A stretch of DNA of 64,000 bases from Nitrospinales bacterium (lineage in GTDB: Bacteria; Nitrospinota; Nitrospinia; Nitrospinales; VA-1), in NCBI GenBank assembly GCA_965223345.1, contig CBDCWG010000012.1:3200001-3264000 (forward strand), in the 5' to 3' direction. A program made the position numbers and the translations under genes. Position 1 is the first letter of the stretch; every line of letters starts with the position of its first letter. The notes beneath the pieces are model-generated. The model saw only the letters and a program-made list of their open reading frames with translations. It had not been told where the DNA came from and searched no databases. This document shows positions 60,891 to 64,000 of this stretch, in pieces.

Positions 60891-61487
60891 TCAGGAGGTT
60901 TCTTCGGTGCTCTCTTTTTCGGGTTTCTCTTGGGCTTCCTCCGGGGTCGCTTCGGTGGCTTCAGTCGCGTCGGTCGTTTCAGCGGTTTCCGCCGCTGCGG
61001 TTTCTTCCGTCTCTTCAGCCGGAGCGGCTTCGGGTTCCGCCTGCTTGTCCGCAACCACGGACACCTTGATCTGGGCGGTGACTTCCGGGTGCAGTTTCAC
61101 CGGCACCTCATACTCGCCCAGCGCCTTGATCGGCTCGGCCGGCATGATCTTGCGCCGGTCCACCTCGATGCCTTTGCCACGCAGCGATTCGGCGATCTCC
61201 TGGGTGGTGACGGAACCGTACAGCTTGCCTTGCTCGCCGACTTTCTTTTTGATGACGCAGGTGGCCTTGCCGATCTCTTCGGCCTGCTCGTTGGCCACAC
61301 CGACGATCTTTTTCAGTTTGGCCTGAACGATCTTTTTCTGGTGGTTGAACTGCTTGAGGTTCTTCGGGGTGGCGAGCAGCGCCTTGCCCTGCGGAATCAG
61401 GTAATTGCGTCCGTACCCGTCCTTCACGGTCACCTCGTCGCCACAGAAACCGAGCCCGTCTACGTTTTCTTTCAATAACAACTTCAT
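60891..61487 (-). CDS. rplI: 50S ribosomal protein L9
   Basis: VKDGYGRNYLIP, GKLYGSVT, PIKALGEY, plus an acidic C-terminal extension. Confidence 0.97.
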   Translation of the reverse strand: MKLLLKENVDGLGFCGDEVTVKDGYGRNYLIPQGKALLATPKNLKQFNHQKKIVQAKLKKIVGVANEQAEEIGKATCVIKKKVGEQGKLYGSVTTQEIAESLRGKGIEVDRRKIMPAEPIKALGEYEVPVKLHPEVTAQIKVSVVADKQAEPEAAPAEETEETAAAETAETTDATEATEATPEEAQEKPEKESTEETS

Positions 61488-61532
61488 GTCTCAATCGCTC
61501 CTTGCCGTTGATTTGTCATTGTATGCAAAATT

Positions 61533-62492
61533 CTATTCCGAATCGTTTTCGATCTTCGGCTGCTTTCTCAGTTTTCTGAAATCCACCCAGATGTCGAACA
61601 CGCCCAGTCCCACGATGAGCCCGATCAGCATGGGCTGAATCAGGGTGAAAATGAAAAACACCACCCACAAAAACCAGGGCAGCTTCTTGGCCTCCATGAT
61701 GAAGGCGGCGATGGCCAACCCGTGCAGGAAGTACAGCCACAGCATCACGAGGAACGCATTCAGGCCCAGCGTCTTCGCCTCCCCCGTGAGGAGGAACACC
61801 GCGGCGCCGGACAGGATCAGAGGCCAGATCCATTGCTCCGAAAGAATCCATTCGGAGAACTTCCCCTGGGGGAAGACGGTCGGGCCATACAGCCGGCCCC
61901 AGATCGTGCGCACCAGGAAAAAGTTGACCACCGCGGTCATCAGCGAACCAACGATGACGAACGCGGGATAAGCCGAGGCGAACGTGCGGGACGTGCTCTC
62001 GACAAACTCGGTCATGGCGTTCAGGTCCGCCGGAGCCTGCCCCGCCTCTTTCAGGCTTTCCATCGACTGATGGAAATGGGTTTCGACCTGCTCCTGAAAA
62101 AAATCGGTCAGCGATTTTTCCTGGGTGCCGAAAATCACCGACAACAGCAGGAGCGACAGCACCGAGGACGTCAGGGCGCTGAACAGGATGCAGCGGTCCA
62201 GCGAAAACCCGGCTTTCACGGTTTCGGCCATGACGGCGGCCATCACCGCGTACTCTGCAAAAAACAGGACGGCCTGCCCCGGCCCCATCAGGCTGTACAG
62301 GACGACGAACACCAGCGCCATCAGGACCACGCCCACCGGCATCCCGCGCTGCAGATACACGAAAATGAGCGGGACCGGCGCCAGGATGCCCGCCAGCACC
62401 CCCAGCGGGGGGATCAACAGGGCCACCAGAAAAACGGCCGAGACCAGAATCAGCGGTAAGACTAAATCCTTTAAATCCGGTCGGTCGGACAA
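61533..62492 (-). CDS. YybS/DUF2232-family membrane protein
   Basis: Multi-TM protein ending GLGVFDIWVDFRK, in its typical position between rpsR and rplI. Confidence 0.85.
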   Translation of the reverse strand: MSDRPDLKDLVLPLILVSAVFLVALLIPPLGVLAGILAPVPLIFVYLQRGMPVGVVLMALVFVVLYSLMGPGQAVLFFAEYAVMAAVMAETVKAGFSLDRCILFSALTSSVLSLLLLSVIFGTQEKSLTDFFQEQVETHFHQSMESLKEAGQAPADLNAMTEFVESTSRTFASAYPAFVIVGSLMTAVVNFFLVRTIWGRLYGPTVFPQGKFSEWILSEQWIWPLILSGAAVFLLTGEAKTLGLNAFLVMLWLYFLHGLAIAAFIMEAKKLPWFLWVVFFIFTLIQPMLIGLIVGLGVFDIWVDFRKLRKQPKIENDSE

Positions 62493-62495
62493 GGC

Positions 62496-62732
62496 TCAGT
62501 GTTCAACCGCAAACGGCAGCAGCGCGATGTTGCGCGCCCGCTTGATGGCTTTGGTCAGCTGCCTTTGATGCTTGGCGCAGTTGCCCGAGATCCGCGAGGG
62601 GACGATCTTGCCGCGCTCGGAGATCAGGGGCTTCAGCACTTTGACATCGTGAAAATCGATGTGATCGACTTTTTCCGCACAGAACCGGCAGATTTTCTGG
62701 GTGAAAAAAGATCGTTTTCTCGAGCCTACCAT
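62496..62732 (-). CDS. rpsR: 30S ribosomal protein S18
   Basis: [33 protein letters not shown]. Confidence 0.97.
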   Translation of the reverse strand: MVGSRKRSFFTQKICRFCAEKVDHIDFHDVKVLKPLISERGKIVPSRISGNCAKHQRQLTKAIKRARNIALLPFAVEH

Positions 62733-62784
62733 GGTTTCCTCTTTCTGATTTTTAAAATTCGAACTCTATGAAATCCGCTTTGTA

Positions 62785-63192
62785 TTAAAAGGGTATGTCG
62801 TCTTTATCGCCAGCTCCCCCCTGAGAAGGAGCGTACTCGCCGGAACCTTTGCCCTCGCCGCCGCCGGGGCGGCCGAGAAACTGCACGGTGTTCGCCACCA
62901 CGTCCAGCTTGTTGCGTTTCTGCCCGGTGTCGGATTCCCAGGATTGAAAGTTGAGCCGGCCCTCCACGAACACCGGGCTGCCCTTGTGCAGGTATTCGGC
63001 GCAGTTTTCCGCCTGCTTGGCCCAGACGGTGATGTCCACGTAGCAGACTTCGTCTTTCCAGTCGTCTCCCTGCTTGTAACGCCGGTTGACCGCCAGCCCG
63101 AAACTGGCGACGGCGGCGCCGCTCGCTGTGTACCGCAGTTCCGGGTCGCGGGTCAGATTGCCCATGAGCAACACTTTATTGAAAGATGCCAT
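62785..63192 (-). CDS. ssb: Single-stranded DNA-binding protein
   Basis: NKVLLMGNLTRDPELRYT, VEGRL, C-terminal DDIPF. Confidence 0.98.
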   Translation of the reverse strand: MASFNKVLLMGNLTRDPELRYTASGAAVASFGLAVNRRYKQGDDWKDEVCYVDITVWAKQAENCAEYLHKGSPVFVEGRLNFQSWESDTGQKRNKLDVVANTVQFLGRPGGGEGKGSGEYAPSQGGAGDKDDIPF

Positions 63193-63242
63193 CGGTCACC
63201 ATCCTGTGTGAAAGGCGGATATTGGGTTGATTGCGAGAGGGG

Positions 63243-63629
63243 TCACGCGTCCGCCGGTTTGGCGGCAGGAGCCTCTTCCTTCTTGTTCTCTTCCGATGCT
63301 TCGGCGGCTTCTTCTTCGACTTTCAGGACGCGCTCCTTATCCTTTTCATCCAGCCGCACGACCATGTATTTGATGATGGGATCGAACAGACGGAATTTTT
63401 CCTCAAGCGCGGTCACTTTATCGTTGTCGCAGGTGTGGTAAATGTTGAGATAGAACCCGAACCGGTTCTTCTTGACCCGGTAGGCGAGGCGTTTTTTCCC
63501 CCACTTATCGACTTTGAGAAATTCCCCACCCTGAGTTTTGATGAGATCCTCAATGGCCTTCAGGTGCTCATCGACCTGGGTTTCGTCGAAATCGGGTTTC
63601 AGAATTAAGATAGTCTGGTAGGAACGCAA
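63243..63629 (-). CDS. rpsF: 30S ribosomal protein S6
   Basis: MRSYQTILILKP, WGKKRLAY. TTG start after GGAGG. Confidence 0.96.
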   Translation of the reverse strand: MRSYQTILILKPDFDETQVDEHLKAIEDLIKTQGGEFLKVDKWGKKRLAYRVKKNRFGFYLNIYHTCDNDKVTALEEKFRLFDPIIKYMVVRLDEKDKERVLKVEEEAAEASEENKKEEAPAAKPADA

Positions 63630-63631
63630 AT

Positions 63632-63688
63632 GGACCTCCTCGTGAGTTGTGCCGGAAGCCCTGACCTCTATGAGCCAGAGCGAGGGGT
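63632..63688 (-). promoter_or_regulatory. Probable S6:S18-binding leader RNA of the rpsF operon
   Basis: On the minus strand, CCUCG can pair with the SD-containing CGAGG. An inner hairpin GCUCUGGCU/GGUCAGGGC is followed by an unpaired CCG. Confidence 0.55.
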
Positions 63689-63761
63689 TTATGATCGAAT
63701 TTTTTCCAGATTCTTACACAGGAAACGGTTAAAATCAAGGGAATTAAAACCGGAGCACGCC

Positions 63762-64000
63762 TTGAGAAAGCAGCAAAATTTACAAGAATTTATCAGGTTT
63801 TTCCGCAGCCGGAGCGCCGCCTGCCTGAGCGCCGCCGGACTGCTGCTTGGCGGCCCGCTTTTGGGCGGCTGCGATATCAAACTGCCCTCCCCGCCCCCGG
63901 ACCTGTTTTACAAGTTCAACGTGCTGCCGGTGGGACAGGGCCCCTCGCATCTGCTGACGCTGGATCTCAACCGCGACGGCGAGGCGGACATCGTGTCGGC
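63762..64000 (+). CDS. FG-GAP/VCBS-repeat lipoprotein (5' part; runs off the window)
   Basis: Manual translation: ...LLGG-C lipobox, then PVGQGPSHLLTLDLNRDGEADIVS (DxNxDGxxD). Start uncertain. Confidence 0.7.
   Translation, partial: MRKQQNLQEFIRFFRSRSAACLSAAGLLLGGPLLGGCDIKLPSPPPDLFYKFNVLPVGQGPSHLLTLDLNRDGEADIVS

Noticed and set aside
60866..61054. Basic N-terminal extension of DnaB in the ORF track
   Set aside because: It is an alternate-frame reading of the rplI 3' end. The real start is MPEAI at 60865 with a GGAGG RBS.

Overview
A gene-dense, moderately GC-rich bacterial chromosome segment. The gene content is reminiscent of nitrite-oxidising Nitrospinota/Nitrospirota, which is an inference and was not tested by a search. 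Housekeeping genes sit at both ends: argS at left, and thiL, a dksA-like gene, secA, dnaB, rplI, rpsR, ssb and rpsF at right. The most notable region is a ~19 kb periplasmic copper/heme redox locus (16.8-36.0 kb). It contains two near-identical giant (~1650 aa) MnxG-like multicopper oxidase genes, and the second is broken by two indels that sum to +3. It also contains three paralogous exported proteins with amicyanin-type H...CxxHxxM copper motifs, two triheme c-type cytochromes (one fused to an EbdC/NxrC-like domain), a TlpA-like redoxin, a ferritin-like protein and an ECF sigma factor. A second candidate copper-handling operon (2.0-5.8 kb) begins with a His/Cys-rich, Pro-terminated leader ORF. 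Other points are a complete sigma54-type promoter architecture in front of a 71-aa membrane peptide, a DksA with a histone-H1-like tail, REP-like repeats and a probable S6:S18 leader RNA. No rRNA, tRNA, CRISPR array, transposase or integrase was seen.
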